From an uncultured Gammaproteobacteria bacterium (GTDB lineage: Bacteria; Pseudomonadota; Gammaproteobacteria; DRLM01), in the NCBI GenBank assembly GCA_963729605.1, contig CAVSNY010000007.1, positions 1,120,001 through 1,184,000 on the forward strand: a DNA stretch of 64,000 nt, written 5' to 3'. Of the stretch, positions 61,920 through 64,000 are shown piece after piece. The position numbers were made by a program, and so were the translations under genes. The first letter of the stretch is position 1; every line of letters starts with the position of its first letter. The notes beneath the pieces are model-generated. The model was not told where the DNA came from. It saw only the letters and a program-made list of their open reading frames with translations, and searched no databases.

Positions 61920-63995
61920 TTATTCGTTTTCGTCGAAGTTGTAGGACAGGTCTTCGTCGGGGGCTTGCAGGAAGAAGCCGACGATGTAATCGACCTGGCA
62001 TTGCCACAGCGTGGTCATCTTGCTGGCTTCCTGAACGAAGGTGGCGATAGTTAACGTGCCGAGGTCGTGGGCCGCCTGCACCACGGTTTTAATCATCATT
62101 TCTTCTTTCGCGCCGCCGGACAGTTTGTCGACGAACGATCCCGCCAGTTTCACGAAATCGGCGCGCAATTGATCGAGATATTCCAAGGAACGCGGGTCGG
62201 CGCCGAAGTGGCCCAACGCGGTGCGGCAACGCAGTTGTTTCAAATTCAGCATCAATTGTTTCGCCGCCTCCGGATTACGCGCGGCGGCGGCCTCTTTGAT
62301 TTCGAAGATCAGCGTGTCGCCCGGCAATTGCATATCCAGCAATTGTTTGCCGATCCAGGGGGCCAAGCTTTGATCGTTCAGGCTGTCTTCCGACAGTTTG
62401 ACGATGAAGCTGGTTTCCTTGCCGCCCGCGCGTTGCTTGACCAAGACCTGCATGGTGGCCGAGATCACCCAGCGGTCGAGGGCCGGCATGAGCCCGGCCT
62501 TCTCCGCGATGGGCATGAAGTCGGCGGGCATCACTTCTTTGCCTTGCTCGTCGAGCATGCGCATCAACACGTCATAACATTGGAACGGTCCGCCGTGCAG
62601 GTTGACGATGGGTTGATAGACCAAGCGGAAACGATTGGCCGCCAGCGCGTCGCGCAGACGTTGCCGTGCGGCCAAGGCCTGGTCGTCGCCGACCGAGGTG
62701 TTGAGCGCGGGGTCGGCGATCTGCACGCGGTTGCCGCCGGCCTGTTTCGCGAATTGACAGGCGGTGTCGGCGTCGGCCAGGGCCAACATGCCTTTTTTGA
62801 CCTCGGCCGCGGGCGAGGAGACGCCGATGCTGCAAGTGGTCGTGATTTTTTGGCCGTTGCGCTGCCAGCTTTGTTGCGCCACATCCTGGCAAATCGCCCG
62901 CGCGATTTTCCCGGTCTGCTCCGCCGTAAGTTTGGGAAACAGCAGGGTGAAGGTTTGCGCCGAGTTGTGGCTGACCGTGGCGTCTTTACCCGCGCGCTTG
63001 ACGATGACGGCGGCGATGTCGCGGATGATGCCTTCCAGTTCCGCGTTGTCGGCGCCTTGCTTGATTTTGTCGAACTCGTCGATTTCCACGTAAGCGAGGG
63101 TCATCGGCGGACGTTGCGCCGCTTGCAGCGCGCCGTCCAAGCTGCTGATGAAGTCACCCGCGCTGAGCAGGCCGAGCGGATGGCGCGGCGCGGCCGGGCT
63201 GGCGGCCGGCCGGCCGATGTCGGCGGTCAATAGGATGGACAATTGTACGCACTGTTGGCCGTTAACATGAGCGCTGGAAGCTTCTACCGTGGTTTTGAAT
63301 TCGCGCCCGTCGGCGCCTAATACCCGCAAGCTTAATTGCTTGCCGTCGGCTTGTTGGCTGCTGATCTGTTTGATCAAGTCGATGAAGGCCGGACGATCGT
63401 CGCCGTGTACCAGTGTGTTGAGCGACACGGCGCCGCCTTCGGTCTGTCTTCCGGTCAGCATGTCGAAGGCCGGATTGCTGTAAATGATTTTGCCGGCCCG
63501 CACGCAGGCGATGGCGTTGCGGGAGCTTTCCAACAACGCCTGACAGCGCCGTTCGCTTTCGCGAAACATGCGTTCGTAGTAATGGCGGGCGCGGCGTTGG
63601 GTGAGGTCGCGTAATTCGCGCTCCACCACCATATGCAGTTGCTCGGTATTGCGTTTGTTGAGCAGCGCGCGCGCGCCGTTGCGCAAGGCTTCGGTGAGCT
63701 CGCGTTCATCGATCTGTTCGCAGAGGATCAGCAAGGGGATGTCGAGTTTGGCGTGTTTAAGCAGGGCGAGCGCCTGTTTGGCGGTGAATCCCGCGACCTC
63801 CTGCGGACTGAGTATGATGTCCCATTCCTGTTTCTTGAGGGCGACTTGAAATTCCAACGGCGTTTTGGCGCGCGCGGCGGTCACGGCATAACCCGCCTCG
63901 CGCAAGGGATCGATGAGCGTCTGGGCCTCCGAGGCAGATTCCTCCAAGACCAGGAGACGCAGCACGCTTTGTCCTGTTTGCGGTTTCTCAACCAA
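61920..63995 (-). CDS. FimX-like REC-PAS-degenerate GGDEF-degenerate EAL protein
   Basis: Non-canonical receiver, PAS, SAQTF in place of GGDEF, DVLMR in place of EAL, GHFG in place of DDFG; the start is at the window edge and uncertain. Confidence 0.8.
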   Translation of the reverse strand: MVEKPQTGQSVLRLLVLEESASEAQTLIDPLREAGYAVTAARAKTPLEFQVALKKQEWDIILSPQEVAGFTAKQALALLKHAKLDIPLLILCEQIDERELTEALRNGARALLNKRNTEQLHMVVERELRDLTQRRARHYYERMFRESERRCQALLESSRNAIACVRAGKIIYSNPAFDMLTGRQTEGGAVSLNTLVHGDDRPAFIDLIKQISSQQADGKQLSLRVLGADGREFKTTVEASSAHVNGQQCVQLSILLTADIGRPAASPAAPRHPLGLLSAGDFISSLDGALQAAQRPPMTLAYVEIDEFDKIKQGADNAELEGIIRDIAAVIVKRAGKDATVSHNSAQTFTLLFPKLTAEQTGKIARAICQDVAQQSWQRNGQKITTTCSIGVSSPAAEVKKGMLALADADTACQFAKQAGGNRVQIADPALNTSVGDDQALAARQRLRDALAANRFRLVYQPIVNLHGGPFQCYDVLMRMLDEQGKEVMPADFMPIAEKAGLMPALDRWVISATMQVLVKQRAGGKETSFIVKLSEDSLNDQSLAPWIGKQLLDMQLPGDTLIFEIKEAAAARNPEAAKQLMLNLKQLRCRTALGHFGADPRSLEYLDQLRADFVKLAGSFVDKLSGGAKEEMMIKTVVQAAHDLGTLTIATFVQEASKMTTLWQCQVDYIVGFFLQAPDEDLSYNFDENE

Positions 63996-64000
63996 TCCCG

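Overview
GC-rich gammaproteobacterial chromosome segment; a Chromatiales/Acidiferrobacterales-like origin is inferred from gene order only. The first ~4 kb is a lower-GC accessory region: a 5'-truncated Rhs toxin (Ntox19-like tip) with an Imm40-like immunity gene, a frameshifted REP-associated tyrosine transposase (RAYT) whose 3' part is tandemly duplicated (422-bp period), an orphan immunity-like gene and a lone ECF T-component, punctuated by three GTAG-REP hairpin families. Next is a glycogen cluster (glgB, glgC, GH57, malQ, glgP) full of frameshifts, then tRNA-Leu(CAA) and a core backbone: queA/tgt/yajC/secDF, glyA-nrdR-rib-nusB-thiL-pgpA, xseB-ispA-dxs-queD-folE2, rubrerythrin cluster, parE/parC, htpX and a FimX-like gene. 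Three self-contained modules interrupt that backbone: (i) fpr-etfAB / FinR-like LysR / ETF:QO between queA and tgt; (ii) a coupled porin + small PBP-like + HAMP-PAS-GGDEF-EAL operon; (iii) an MCP + MauG-like diheme enzyme + amicyanin-like cupredoxin + diheme cytochrome c operon behind a sigma28-like promoter, between parE and parC. Modules (iii) and (ii) and the RAYT/REP-punctuated toxin-immunity array are the best candidates for uncharacterised systems. All assignments come from reading motifs by eye; no searches were run.
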